NCBI GenBank assembly: GCA_963815455.1
Contig: CAWFGO010000002.1
Span: 640,001 to 704,000, forward strand
Length of the DNA: 64,000 nucleotides
Direction: 5' to 3'
DNA from: an uncultured Verrucomicrobiae bacterium
GTDB lineage: Bacteria; Verrucomicrobiota; Verrucomicrobiia; Chthoniobacterales; UBA10450
Shown here: piece after piece, positions 41,808-52,916 of the stretch
Layout of the letters: every line of letters begins with the position of its first letter
Position numbering within the stretch: position 1 is the stretch's first letter
Translations under genes and position numbers: made by a program
The notes under the pieces: model-generated
Told to the model about the DNA's origin: nothing
Seen by the model: the letters and a program-made list of their open reading frames with translations, nothing else
Databases searched by the model: none

Positions 41808-42981
41808 GCCGCTGCGAATTCTGGTCATCGTGAACCTCCCGTGGGACCCGCGCCTGGGCGCCTCTCGCGTTTACATCGAACTCGTCAAACAATGGAAAAC
41901 CGCCGGACATCATGTCGAAGTTTTCTGCCTCACCGATGCCTTCCCGCGAGCGACCAGGTCTTCCGGCCGGGCCGCGGTGCGCCAAATTTTCTTTCGCTCG
42001 CATGCCGCTCGCCATGTTCGCCAGAACGCTTCTCGATTCGATGTCATCGACGCGACGATCGGCGTCCTTCCGTTTCCGAAGAAACGATTGAACTTCTCTG
42101 GACTTCTCGTTGCCCGTTCAATCGGTCTTTATCGCGCGTTCGATGACTTTGTGCGTTTCAGCCGAAAACGCTGGCCCGATGAATCCAGCGGCAAATTTAT
42201 CGGCCGCTACTTTCATCGACTAAAGCGGCGCTGGCTCGCTCGTGAATCTGATCGTGCCCTCCAATATTGCGACGTAATCAATCTGCCTAACGCCGACGAG
42301 CGCGACTTGCTCCCAAAAACGAAAGTCGTTGGAAAAAAAATATTGATCCAGCCTTACGGCCTCAATGAAAACGATAGGACCGCCCTTGCTGCCGCGGCGA
42401 AATCCCCCGAGGCCCGACTTCAAGGCAAAGAAATCTGCTTCGTTGGGATGTGGAGCCTGCGCAAAGGGGCGCGCGATTGGGGCGAGATTGTCGATCGTGT
42501 TCGCAAGATCATTCCGAACGCCCGATTTAAATTTCTCGGCACCACGGCGACCGACCAGAAAGTTCTGAACGATCTCCGTTTGTCGCATAGCGAGTTTATT
42601 TCCTGCATTTCGACTTACGATCCAGACGAACTTCCCAGGCAGCTCGGTTCTTGCGCAGTCGGCCTTTTCCCAAGCTACGTGGAAGGTTTTGGTCTCGCCG
42701 TTCTCGAACAGTTAGCCGCGGGAATTCCCACCGTCGCCTACGATGTCCCTGGCCCGCGTCACATTCTCGAGCCGCTTCGCAGCAAGCTTCTGGTGCCGGT
42801 AGGCGAAGCCAGCGCAATCGCTGGACGCGCCACGGAGATTCTGCGCCTGGCTCCGGACGATTACGACGTTCTTGCGAACCGGTGTCGATCCATCGCAAAC
42901 GAATTTCAGTGGGAACGAATCGCGAGCGATACCGCGCAGCAGTATCAAGCCGCCTTACAAGAACTGCGGCCCCCACAATGA
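41800..42981 (+). CDS. Glycosyltransferase family 4
   Basis: RKG, PSYVEGFGLAVLE. Confidence 0.9.
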   Translation: MDKPLRILVIVNLPWDPRLGASRVYIELVKQWKTAGHHVEVFCLTDAFPRATRSSGRAAVRQIFFRSHAARHVRQNASRFDVIDATIGVLPFPKKRLNFSGLLVARSIGLYRAFDDFVRFSRKRWPDESSGKFIGRYFHRLKRRWLARESDRALQYCDVINLPNADERDLLPKTKVVGKKILIQPYGLNENDRTALAAAAKSPEARLQGKEICFVGMWSLRKGARDWGEIVDRVRKIIPNARFKFLGTTATDQKVLNDLRLSHSEFISCISTYDPDELPRQLGSCAVGLFPSYVEGFGLAVLEQLAAGIPTVAYDVPGPRHILEPLRSKLLVPVGEASAIAGRATEILRLAPDDYDVLANRCRSIANEFQWERIASDTAQQYQAALQELRPPQ

Positions 42982-44108
42982 CGCGATCGTCAAAAATTTT
43001 GCAGATCGTGCCGCGGCCGCCGGGAATGCAGGACGGCGTGGGAGATTATGCTTTGACCGTCTCCCGTAAACTGCGTGATCGTTTCGATTGTCAGACAATC
43101 TTTGCTGCCCCGGCAACGTCTGTAGGGGAACCTGCTTGCCACGCCGAAGCCGAGCGAAGGCGGGACAGCTTCCCCCGCGATTTCGAGATCCTGCCGCTAT
43201 CTGGTTCGCTAGCCGCCAAAGAATTCGATCACGTTATCCTCCATTACGTGAACTACGGCTATCAAAAGCGCGGCGTTCCGTTTGGATTATTGTCGATCCT
43301 GCGGCAATTGCGCCGCCAGTGCTCGGGTCGTTTGCTCACAGTTTTTCATGAGCTCTATGCCTCCGGCCCGCCGTGGCGCAGCGCCTTCTGGTTGCGCCCG
43401 TTTCAAAAGCACATCGCGCGGCGGATCGCTCAAATTTCCGACACAGCAATCGTCAGCAGTGAAACGATGCTGGCACAGCTCCAGAACTCGACGCCGGTCG
43501 CAAACGCACGCGTCCATCCCGTTTTCTCGAATTTTGGCGAACCAACGCTGACTCGCGAGCAACTCGCAGATCGGTCGCCGCATCGCTGGGCGATTTGCGG
43601 CGGCACAACATTAGTCGAACGCTCCCTGCGGTCGTTTCGAACGATCTCGAAGCGAATTCCCGAGCAATCTTTTCCACGCCAATTGTTCGTGCTCGGCGGG
43701 AAGCCCAATCCAGCAATTCGAGCGCTCATTGTCGATCTTCCAAACCTGGAAATCGATTACCGTCCTCAAGTTGCCGCCGCCGAAGCATCGGAGATTCTTT
43801 CATCCTGCGCATTCGCCTGGCTCGATTATTTCCACCGCGCCGATGTGCCGACCGATGCGGTGCTCAAGTCCAGTGCTTTCGCCGCGGCCTGCGCGCATGG
43901 CGTTATCACGATTTTCCCGAATGTCAGTTCAGCGATCGGAATCGATAACGATCGATTACCCGGCCCATATTTTGTCGACTCAACTCGGGTCGAATTGCCA
44001 CGAGACCAATCGAAAGCCGCATCGGAAACTTATGACTGGTACCTGCGCCGCGCGGCGTCATCTCATGTTGTGCGCGGCATTGCCGGCGCGCTCGGCTTAG
44101 GCGCATGA
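42978..44108 (+). CDS. GT-B fold (GT4-like) glycosyltransferase
   Basis: DGVGDYA, FHELY, SNFGEP, KSSAFAA. Confidence 0.7.
   Translation: MTRSSKILQIVPRPPGMQDGVGDYALTVSRKLRDRFDCQTIFAAPATSVGEPACHAEAERRRDSFPRDFEILPLSGSLAAKEFDHVILHYVNYGYQKRGVPFGLLSILRQLRRQCSGRLLTVFHELYASGPPWRSAFWLRPFQKHIARRIAQISDTAIVSSETMLAQLQNSTPVANARVHPVFSNFGEPTLTREQLADRSPHRWAICGGTTLVERSLRSFRTISKRIPEQSFPRQLFVLGGKPNPAIRALIVDLPNLEIDYRPQVAAAEASEILSSCAFAWLDYFHRADVPTDAVLKSSAFAAACAHGVITIFPNVSSAIGIDNDRLPGPYFVDSTRVELPRDQSKAASETYDWYLRRAASSHVVRGIAGALGLGA
43121..43175 (+). repeat. Nested REP-in-REP translated inside a glycosyltransferase
   Basis: TGTAGGGGAA[CCTGCTTGCCACGCCGAAGCCGAGCGAAGGCGG]GACAGCTTCCCC; outer arms match the 15900 element. 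Confidence 0.7.
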
Positions 44109-45091
44109 AACAGAACCGAATCGAATTGGTTGCGGTCATTAATTCTTTCAACCGGAGGGAACTGCTGGAGAAGGCAATCGCCTCGCTCACGTTCGCTTTG
44201 CGAAAGGCGCCTTTCCATTCGGCTATCGTCGTGTTTGAAGCGGGCTCCACCGATGGCAGTGCTGAGTTTCTAAATAATTGGCGTGACCAGAATCCCGAGG
44301 ACAATCTCGCCGTCGTTACGGCTCCGCCGCAGACCTCGTCTTTCGCGGACGGCGCAAATGCCGGATGCGCCACCGCTATTGCGCGCTTCCCCGATTGCCG
44401 CTGGCTGTTCCTTTATGAGACCGACAACTGGCTGGCCGATGTCGATCCTCTCATCAATGCCATTTCGCTTCTCGAAGCGCAGCCACAACTCGCGGCCGCG
44501 GGTTTTACCGTGAGATTGCACAATGGCCAACCGTGCGGCTACGGGATTCGTTTTCCAAGCAGACTGTCGTTAGTGATGGGGCAGAATCTTTCGCTTCACT
44601 GGAATCTCAATTCGCCCAACGATTCGCCCTGGCAAATGACCGATAACATTCGCTGGCGCACGTGCGATGTCGTGTTTACCAGCCCGCTGGTTATCCGCCG
44701 TCTCGTCTGGGAGAAAACCGGCGGATTCGACGCGAAGTCATTCCCATTCTCGGATAGCGACGTCGATTGGGCCTGGCGCTGTGCAGAGGCCGGATGGAAA
44801 ATGGCGGTGCTCGAGACCAACGCGGTGATTCACGATAATTTGCGACAAGCATCCCCCTGGTCGGCGACGCGCGTAATTGATTTTCACCGTGGCCGTCTTC
44901 GGGTCCTCAGGAGTCATCGAAGAAGCCTGTATGTCCTCATTAAGCCGGCGCTCTTTCTCCGGCACTGCGCTGAAACAATAGTCCTCGCATGGAAGACCCG
45001 TTCAGATCCCAGTGCACGGCAGAAACTAGCGAGTCGAAAGCAAATGTTGCAAACCGTCTGGACTGATTATTCCGGGCGCCCTCGCTCATGA
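44105..45091 (+). CDS. Glycosyltransferase family 2
   Basis: INSFNR, AGSTDGS, GGFD, SDVDW. Confidence 0.8.
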   Translation: MKQNRIELVAVINSFNRRELLEKAIASLTFALRKAPFHSAIVVFEAGSTDGSAEFLNNWRDQNPEDNLAVVTAPPQTSSFADGANAGCATAIARFPDCRWLFLYETDNWLADVDPLINAISLLEAQPQLAAAGFTVRLHNGQPCGYGIRFPSRLSLVMGQNLSLHWNLNSPNDSPWQMTDNIRWRTCDVVFTSPLVIRRLVWEKTGGFDAKSFPFSDSDVDWAWRCAEAGWKMAVLETNAVIHDNLRQASPWSATRVIDFHRGRLRVLRSHRRSLYVLIKPALFLRHCAETIVLAWKTRSDPSARQKLASRKQMLQTVWTDYSGRPRS

Positions 45092-45194
45092 TTTTTTCGC
45101 CTTGTCAAAGGGTTGGCTTTCTACTCAAGGCACTCTGGCCATGTGTGGTCGATGATTTTGCGACTCATTTCGGCTGGCGCACCATCTCCGAGAG

Positions 45195-46415
45195 ATGATC
45201 GCTTCCGCGCTACGCGACCTGATCCGCCGCGAAAAGTGGCGGCTACGGTCCCTAAAGACGCTCGTCTTGCCCCTCCGGAAAATGAAGCGCGGGATTGTGA
45301 AGTTTTCTCGCGCGCTACGCGGAAAACCAACACTGCGAATCGAAAGATCGACAATCGCCTATCTCGAGTCGCACCTGTCCGGCTCGGTGACCAAACTCCA
45401 TTCCGCGGAACACGTCATTGCTCTGCCGCCTCCGTTTCCGCAATCCATCTCTGACGCGGAAAGCAATTTAGCGGAGCCCGCCTACCTCTTCGAACTTCGC
45501 GACATTGACTTTTGGGCGCGCTATGGCGGATCCGTTGCGACTCCTGATGGCGCGCTGCTCGCTGACCTTTCACCGGAAGTCTGGGGCGTTGAGAATCATC
45601 CGATCTTCTCCACATTCCGACTCCCGTGGGCGAGGTCGCTTGATGGGCGTACGGCAATTCTGATCACGCCGGAAGCGCGGGGGAATTACTACCACTGGCT
45701 TGTCGACCTTCTGCCGCGTGCGCTTCTCCTGCGAACCGCGTCGGGAGGTTTTCAAGGTTTCGATCGCATCCTCATCAATGGCTCGCATGCTTCTTACGAG
45801 GAGCACTCACTCCGCGCGGCCGGGGTGCCGCTAAATAAATTGGTTTACGTCGATTCAAGAGATCGTTTCCAAATCGCACAGGCCGTGATCCCATCCATGG
45901 ATCATTCGTCCAAAATCGTCGCGCCCTGGAAAATTCGTGATCTCCATTGTGTGGCGGATGCAATCCGAGAGGTTGACCCCGGCCTGCGGCGTTCGGGGCC
46001 CGCAGCTAAAAAGATTTATGTTTCACGCAAACGCGCGGCTGTCCGCCGGTTGTTGAATGAAGAGGCGTTGATTCCCCTCTTTGAGAAAGCCGGTTTTACC
46101 GTGATTGAGTTGGAGTTGCTTCCGTGGGTCGAGCAGATGCGGTTGTTCTCGAATGCAGAGATCATCCTGACTCCCCATGGCGCAGCCCTCGCCAACATCG
46201 CTTTCTGTAGGCCTGGCACCATGGTTGCAGAAATCGGAACCCGGGCAGGTTATCTTGATTTCTACCTGCATCTCGCCGCGTCGGCGCAGCTGCGATACCA
46301 TTTTCTCGAAGCACACCCTCGGAGTCCGGTGCGCAGGGATTCCCTCCGCGCCTACGAAAACGAGGACATGATCATAGACGGAGCTGATCTGAAGAATTTT
46401 CTACGCGAACTGTAA
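45195..46415 (+). CDS. Glycosyltransferase family 61 (DUF563-like)
   Basis: NYYHWLVD, IYVSR, RRLLNE, PHGAALAN. Confidence 0.85.
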   Translation: MIASALRDLIRREKWRLRSLKTLVLPLRKMKRGIVKFSRALRGKPTLRIERSTIAYLESHLSGSVTKLHSAEHVIALPPPFPQSISDAESNLAEPAYLFELRDIDFWARYGGSVATPDGALLADLSPEVWGVENHPIFSTFRLPWARSLDGRTAILITPEARGNYYHWLVDLLPRALLLRTASGGFQGFDRILINGSHASYEEHSLRAAGVPLNKLVYVDSRDRFQIAQAVIPSMDHSSKIVAPWKIRDLHCVADAIREVDPGLRRSGPAAKKIYVSRKRAAVRRLLNEEALIPLFEKAGFTVIELELLPWVEQMRLFSNAEIILTPHGAALANIAFCRPGTMVAEIGTRAGYLDFYLHLAASAQLRYHFLEAHPRSPVRRDSLRAYENEDMIIDGADLKNFLREL

Positions 46416-46417
46416 CG

Positions 46418-47278
46418 ATGAATCCGTGGAAACAATTCGGCCGGAAATCATTGCGCCGGATCTTGAAATCGTTGGTCGAACATGCGCTACCAGCGGGGGA
46501 ACTGCTGACTGGTTTTCAAACTGCGAAGGGCGATTATTTGCCTAATCGGCTGCGCATCCTATTTGGCAGTTATGAAGCAGAAGAAAGGCGTCTGATGCGT
46601 CCGTTCCTCCATCCCGGCCAGACAATTCTGGATGTCGGAGCAAATGTCGGTTACTTGACGCGCTTCCTGGCTGGCACCACGGGACCAAACGGCAGAGTTT
46701 ACGCCTTTGAGCCTAATCCACTCATTTTCCCCATGCTCGAAAGGAACACAGCGTCGTTTCCTCAAGTCAGGGCGATGAATTACGGTCTTTCCATGAAAAG
46801 GACAGAGTCCACGCTTTTTTTTGCTAATGCTCGACATTCGGCCGGCTCTTTCGCCGCAGAATTCCCCGCCTCTCATGTTTTTCATGAGGAGACAACAGTG
46901 CTAACTGCGGTGCAGGCGCAGTTGGTCAATGGCGATCAATTCATGGCCGAGCAGGGAGTGGATAAAATCGATATCCTCAAGATCGACGTGGAAGGCTGGG
47001 AACTGAATGTGCTGCGCGGATTGGAAAAAACAATCGCGGGGTCGCCCCACATCGCGATCTTTTGCGAACTTAACCGGGCCGCACAAAAGTGCGCAGGCTA
47101 TCGACCCGAACAGTTGCCCGCCTGGTTTTGGGACCGGAATTTTACCCTGACCGCTCCGCAACATCATGGCTTACACGAGCTGTCTCGTCACACGATCGCT
47201 CAATGGATTGAGCAATTGCCGGCGCCCGGTTACACGACTCTTTTTGCGTCGCGTGGTCCGGGCCAGTTTCCCAACTGA
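46418..47278 (+). CDS. FkbM family methyltransferase
   Basis: DVGANVG, AFEPNP, KIDVEGWE. Confidence 0.92.
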   Translation: MNPWKQFGRKSLRRILKSLVEHALPAGELLTGFQTAKGDYLPNRLRILFGSYEAEERRLMRPFLHPGQTILDVGANVGYLTRFLAGTTGPNGRVYAFEPNPLIFPMLERNTASFPQVRAMNYGLSMKRTESTLFFANARHSAGSFAAEFPASHVFHEETTVLTAVQAQLVNGDQFMAEQGVDKIDILKIDVEGWELNVLRGLEKTIAGSPHIAIFCELNRAAQKCAGYRPEQLPAWFWDRNFTLTAPQHHGLHELSRHTIAQWIEQLPAPGYTTLFASRGPGQFPN

Positions 47279-48330
47279 TGAAGATTCTTTTTTCATCTTA
47301 CGCCTATCGCGCCTAATGTCGGCGGCATTGAGTCGGTTTCGGCGATCCTGGCCGAGAAATTCGCGGAGGCGGGGCACGACGTAGAACTCATCACTGAGAC
47401 TCATGAAGAAGAAAACGCCCAACGATCCAACACAATGTCCAACGTCGAACTGAAGACGCTGGACAGGAAATATCGCATTATGCGAGAGCCTTCATTATCG
47501 GAAACTGCTCCGGCTTCTTTCCGGGTGCGACATGCTTGTTTCAAAATAACATCAGTCTGCGCAGCTTGATTCCCGCGTTGCTCCTGCGAAAACGCGTCAT
47601 CGTGGTTCATCAGACCTGGTTGCGCGGCCCGACCGGTAAAATCGGGTGGAACAATCGGATCAAGCGCGCTCTGTTGCCGCGCGTCACGAATGTCGCGATT
47701 AGCGAGGCCATTCGCGAGCACATTGGTTTGCCAGCTACTGTTATTGGAAATCCGTACGACGATCGGGTTTTCCGATTGCTTCCCGTCGCCCGAGATAAGA
47801 CGCTCGTGTTTCTCGGACGCCTCGTTTCCGATAAAGGCGCCGATCTCCTTCTGCGGGCGATGAAGATTCTCTCTGACGACGGAATCAGGCCCGATCTGAC
47901 AATCATTGGCCGCGGCCCCGAAGAGCAAAATTTGCGGAACCAGGCGCGCGATCTCGGGTTGAATGGACAGGTGACTTTCGCCGGTCAGAGATCTGGGCAC
48001 GAGCTCGCCGATCTGCTCAATCGGCATCGAATAATGGTCGTCCCGTCGCGCTGGCCTGAGCCATTTGGAATTGTCGCTTTGGAGGGAATTGCCTGCGGCT
48101 GCGCGGTGATTGGATCGAAAGATGGCGGACTCGCGGAAGCGATTGGTCCCTGCGGAATGACTTTTGAAAACGGAAACGAACACGCCCTTGCCGAATGTTT
48201 GAAAGAAGTGGTGCTAGAGCCGGAATGCGCCGGGAGATTTCTTCGGGAAGCTCCGGCCCATCTTGATCGATTCACGGCACAAACGGTGGCGAATGCCTAT
48301 TGCCAACTGCTGAAAAGCGCCGCGTCATGA
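47278..48330 (+). CDS. Glycosyltransferase family 4 (5' frameshifts)
   Basis: MKILFSS...PNVGGIE; GRLVSDKG, EPFGIVALE. Confidence 0.85.
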
Positions 48331-49097
48331 AAATTAAACAAGTCCTGAAGAAATTGGCTCCGCCGATTTTGCTGGAAGGTTACCGGAAATTTCAGCGGCG
48401 ACGGCAGAAGAACCGGAATGCCGGGAAAACCACGGAGCAGATATTTACAGAGATCTATGCCGCCAATCAATGGGCGCCCGACTCCGAAGGCTTCGACTCA
48501 GGGGCTGGCTCGTCGGACCAACGGATTACCGGCGCTTATGTTCGAGCAGTGCGCGACTGGTTGAAGACCATCGATTCAACCAAGCTGACCATTGTCGATC
48601 TTGGCTGCGGAGATTTTCACGTGGGACGGCAGTTGGTCGACTGCTGCGCGCGGTATGTGGGAGTCGACATCGTGAAACCGCTGATCGATTTTAACACTGC
48701 GCAATTTGCTTCGCCCACGGTTGAGTTCCTTCACCTAAATATCTTGAAGGATCCGCTCCCGGACGGAGGCGTCTGTTTCCTGCGCCAGGTATTGCAGCAT
48801 CTCTCCAATGATCAGATTCAAACCGTTCTGAACCGGTTGAATAAATATCGATGGACGCTGATCACGGAACATCAGCCGTCCACGGCGTATTTTCGCCAGG
48901 CAAATCGGGACAAACCTCACGGCGCGGATATTCGCCTGTTCGATCATTCCGGCGTTTTTTTGGATCAGCCGCCGTTTAATGTGCCGCGGGAACGTCTCAA
49001 GCTCTTGCTCGAAGTGAATGGCCACGCCTTTCCCGCCTGGCCCGATCCCGGCGTGATCCGAACCTACGTGCTTACGCAAGATACCGAGACAGCGTGA
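48327..49097 (+). CDS. Class I SAM-dependent methyltransferase
   Basis: SGAGS, VDLGCGD, RQVLQHL. Confidence 0.85.
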   Translation: MKIKQVLKKLAPPILLEGYRKFQRRRQKNRNAGKTTEQIFTEIYAANQWAPDSEGFDSGAGSSDQRITGAYVRAVRDWLKTIDSTKLTIVDLGCGDFHVGRQLVDCCARYVGVDIVKPLIDFNTAQFASPTVEFLHLNILKDPLPDGGVCFLRQVLQHLSNDQIQTVLNRLNKYRWTLITEHQPSTAYFRQANRDKPHGADIRLFDHSGVFLDQPPFNVPRERLKLLLEVNGHAFPAWPDPGVIRTYVLTQDTETA

Positions 49098-50287
49098 TGA
49101 TCCTGCTCTCGCATCCTACCGGAAATGAAAATGTCCGACAGGCCCTGGTGGCTTTCGAGAAGGCCGGATTACTGGGCGAATTCTGGACAACGCTGAATTG
49201 GAATCCAGACGGCGTCATTCATCGGTTTCTTCCTCACGCTCTCCAGCAGCTATTGAGTCGCCGCTCATATCCGGCATCGATCCGGACGCGCATTCACACG
49301 GTTCCGTTGCGTGAAATCGCACGACTGCTCGGCGGCACGTTTAGCATGGATGCCGTCTCAACTTCATTGGACGACAAAGTCGCCGCGCGTCTTCGCAAGA
49401 TCGACCGGATCAAAATGATTTATGCGTACGAAGACGCCGCGCTGCGAAGTTTCCGAGCCGCGGCGGAGCGGGGAATTTCTCGCGTTTACGATTTGCCGAT
49501 CGGTTACTGGCGAGTGGCCCAGCGCATTTTCGCCGAGGAGAAAGAACGCGAGCCGGAATGGGCGTCGTACGTTGACCGGAATCCGCGACAGCGCTGAAAA
49601 GCTCGCGCGCAAAGACGAGGAATTGAGCCTGGCGCAACGGGTAATCGTGGCCAGCACATTTACCAAGACCACCCTTTCCGAAGCACCAGGCCATCCGAAG
49701 ATCGACATCATTCCGTATGGCGCGGCGAAAACGGTCTCCGTCCGAAATCCGAAAACCGGATGGTCCGCTAAAAGTGCTTTTCGTGGGCGCGTTAGGCCAG
49801 CGCAAAGGCGTGTCTTATCTTCTCCGGGCGGTCGCGCTCCTGAAAGACTCTGTCGAGCTGACATTGCTGGGCCGGAAAAGCTGCCCCCGATTGTCGCCCG
49901 CTGGAGGCGGCCACGCGAAAATATCGCTGGATTCCGAGTCTGGATCACGCCGGTGTCTTGCACGAAATGCACAACCACGACCTCCTCGTTTTTCCCTCGC
50001 TGTTCGAGGGTTTCGGACTGGTCGTTCTGGAAGCGATGGCCCAGGGCACGCCCGTTATTACCACCGGGCACACCTGCGGCCCGGATATCATCGAGGACGG
50101 GACCGACGGATTTATCGTCCCGATTCGATCCGCCGAGGCGATTGCCGAGAAGATCGACATCCTGGCCGGGGACCGCGAACGCCTGATGGCGATGAAAATC
50201 GCCGCCCGCCGCAAAGCGGAATCGCATCCATGGGAAATTTATCGTCAACGGCTCGTTAAAATGGCACGAGAAGTGATCGCAGAGTAA
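49094..50287 (+). CDS. Glycosyltransferase family 4 (frameshifted)
   Basis: SHPTGN, FVGALGQRKG, PSLFEGFGLVVLEAM across several frames. Confidence 0.85.
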
Positions 50288-50299
50288 GATGCCCAGTTC

Positions 50300-51808
50300 A
50301 TGAGAGCAGCTTCTACAAATCGCGCCCAAGGACCGTTCCCGTCGTTCCGCGCTCTTACTGTCGATCGCAGCAAGAAGGTCCGCCTCGTGGGCTGGTTAAT
50401 CATGGTTTACATCGTCCTGCTGATGATCGAAGGCGCGTTGCGCAAATGGGTCGCGCCGGGGTTATCAAACCCGCTTCTGGTCATTCGCGATCCGGTTCTG
50501 GTCTTGATCTACTTCATGGCTTTTCGGGCACGCGTGTTCCCGCGCAACAACTACGTGGTTTCCATCGCCATCATCGGCTTTCTCTCCCTGGCCATGAGCC
50601 TTTTTATTCTCTCCGATTACATCATGTCGTTGTCGCTTTGGGTAACGGTGCTTTACGGATTCCGTTCCAATTTTCTTCACATGCCGCTTATCTTCTTAAT
50701 GGCAAACGTTTTTGACGAGGACGACGTGAAGCGAATCGGCTGGTGGATGCTCCTCGGCATGATTCCGATGGCTCTTCTCATGGTGGCGCAGTTCCAGGCG
50801 TCGCCTGATTCGTTCATTAACGGCACCGCCGGCATGGAGGAAGGCGCGGAGCAACTCTCACCGGCCGGAGGCAAAATACGGCCGGCCGGCACATTCTCCT
50901 TTATCTCGGGTCCGATCTTTTATTGCAGCGTAGTCGCTGCGTTTTTGCTCCACGGAATGCTTTCGCGCGGCTCCTACAAAATCTGGCTCGTTGCTTCCGG
51001 CGGGAGTTGCATTGGCGGTTGCCGTTGGCGTTTCCGGCAGTCGGGCCTGCGTGATGTCCGTGCTTTTGGTTGTTGCCGCGATGCTCATTATTTTTGTGCT
51101 TCGGCCACAGGCGGTCAATCAGTTTGGCCGGCTTTTTCTCATCGGCCTCGTTGCCGATGGTCGTTATCTCGAGGCTGCCCGTTTTTAAGGAAGGCATCAA
51201 CGTTCTTTCCGAGCGTTTTACCTTAAGCGCCGAGGTTGAGGAAACCACCGTAGCCAAAGGCATGATCAATCGTGTGCTGGAAGGATTTACCGAATCGCTA
51301 ACCAATCTCGATAAGTTTCCGGCCGGCGGTTACGGACTTGGGATCGGCACGAACGTGGAGCTCATTACCTCATTGGAGGCCCCGCATTTCTTCTCTCCGA
51401 GAAAGAGTGGACGCGAGTGTTATACGAAAGCGGCCCGCTTTTGGGGCTGGCATTCCTTTTCTGGCGTGTCGCGCTAACCGTTCGCCTCGGCTATCTCAGC
51501 ATTGTTGCCCTCCGAGACACGAAATTCCACTCTGCCGCTTCTTTTGTTTAGCTCGGTGTTTTTCATTTTACTGGATGGACAGCTCGGCCAGCCGACGACT
51601 CTTGGTTTTGTCGTTGTTCTAAGCGGTCTTTGTTTGGCCTCGATGCGAAAAGCCGAAAGACAAGACTGAAGAAGCTGGGCTTTCGGCAGACGAATCGCTT
51701 ATTCCCGCGCCCACGCCGAAACCTCTCCCGCGTCGTTCGCCCTACGCCACCCGGCTCCACGGCCCGAACCTGGATCCCGACCCAAACAATGGTTTTGTTG
51801 ATCGGTAA
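50300..51808 (+). CDS. Wzy-like polysaccharide polymerase (frameshifted; end uncertain)
   Basis: Multi-TM, EGALRKW, RPAGTFSF, GYGLGIGTN, GQLGQPT. Confidence 0.6.
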
Positions 51809-52916
51809 TTATTCGCCCGATCAGCAGCAAAGCATGCAGCGCTTCAGTTCCATGATGCTGCATGGTCTGACAACCATCGGCCTCACGGCCGAATTGATCC
51901 AGCCCGAGTCGGTCCTGGGAAATTTCGAATCAGCCGGCCGGTTTATTGGCAAGTGGCTCGGTTACATCGACAAGTTCATTTTGTTCCCGCGCCGGTTGAA
52001 ACAGGCCCTCGCGAAAAATCCGGCGATCGTTCACATCTGCGATCATTCCAACGCAGTATACGTCAGCCGGTGCCACAATGTGCCGGTTGTGGTCACGTGC
52101 CATGATCTCCTGGCCGTGCGCGGCGCTCTTGGCGAAAACACCGATTGCCCGGCATCGCTCACCGGTCGGTTCTTGCAGCGCTGGATTCTTAGCGGTCTGC
52201 GGCACGCGACAGTTGTCGCTTGTGTCTCGCGTGCAACCGCCAGCGATGCCGAGCGTCTGGTCAAGCGCCGAAGCGATCGGCCCCGGATCGACATCGTGTC
52301 TCTGGGTTTAAACTATCCGTATCAAAAACTTTCGCCCGAGCTGGCGCGTGCCCAACTCGCGAAGATCGACCGATTCGATGTCGATCTTCCGTTTGTTCTG
52401 CATGTCGGTTCAAATCAACCCCGCAAAAATCGCGACGCGGTGTTGCGCATTTTTGCGCGGTGCAAGGAGAAATGGAACGGCCGGCTGGTTTTCGCCGGAG
52501 ATCGCCTGAATGCGGAATTAATGTCGCTGGCCCAAACACTGGGCGTAGCCAACCGCGTGACTCAATTGGAAAATCCCGACAGCAGCTTACTCGAAACTCT
52601 GTATAACTGCGCGGCCGCGCTGTTGTATCCGTCGCGCTTTGAAGGATTCGGCTGGCCCATTATCGAAGCGCAAGCCTGTGGTTGTCCGGTGATTTGCAGC
52701 GATTCAGGACCGCTTCCTGAAGCGGCGGGCGAGGCCGGACTTTTTCACGATGTGGCCGATGAAGAAGGATTCGCCGCCGATCTGCTCCGGCTCACCGATC
52801 CCCAAGAACGCGCGCGTTGGCGTGAAAAAAGTTTGCAGAATGCGCAAAGATTCTCGACCAAGAACATGATCGCGCAGTACATCGACATCTACCGAACCCT
52901 GGGAGCGAAGTTGTGA
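51789..52916 (+). CDS. Glycosyltransferase family 4
   Basis: TCHDL, PRKN, EGFGWPIIEAQ. Confidence 0.9.
   Translation: MVLLIGNYSPDQQQSMQRFSSMMLHGLTTIGLTAELIQPESVLGNFESAGRFIGKWLGYIDKFILFPRRLKQALAKNPAIVHICDHSNAVYVSRCHNVPVVVTCHDLLAVRGALGENTDCPASLTGRFLQRWILSGLRHATVVACVSRATASDAERLVKRRSDRPRIDIVSLGLNYPYQKLSPELARAQLAKIDRFDVDLPFVLHVGSNQPRKNRDAVLRIFARCKEKWNGRLVFAGDRLNAELMSLAQTLGVANRVTQLENPDSSLLETLYNCAAALLYPSRFEGFGWPIIEAQACGCPVICSDSGPLPEAAGEAGLFHDVADEEGFAADLLRLTDPQERARWREKSLQNAQRFSTKNMIAQYIDIYRTLGAKL

Noticed and set aside
45970..46006. GC-rich hairpin in the GT61 gene as another coding REP
   Set aside because: No GTAG/GTGG terminus and only short similarity to other REPs.
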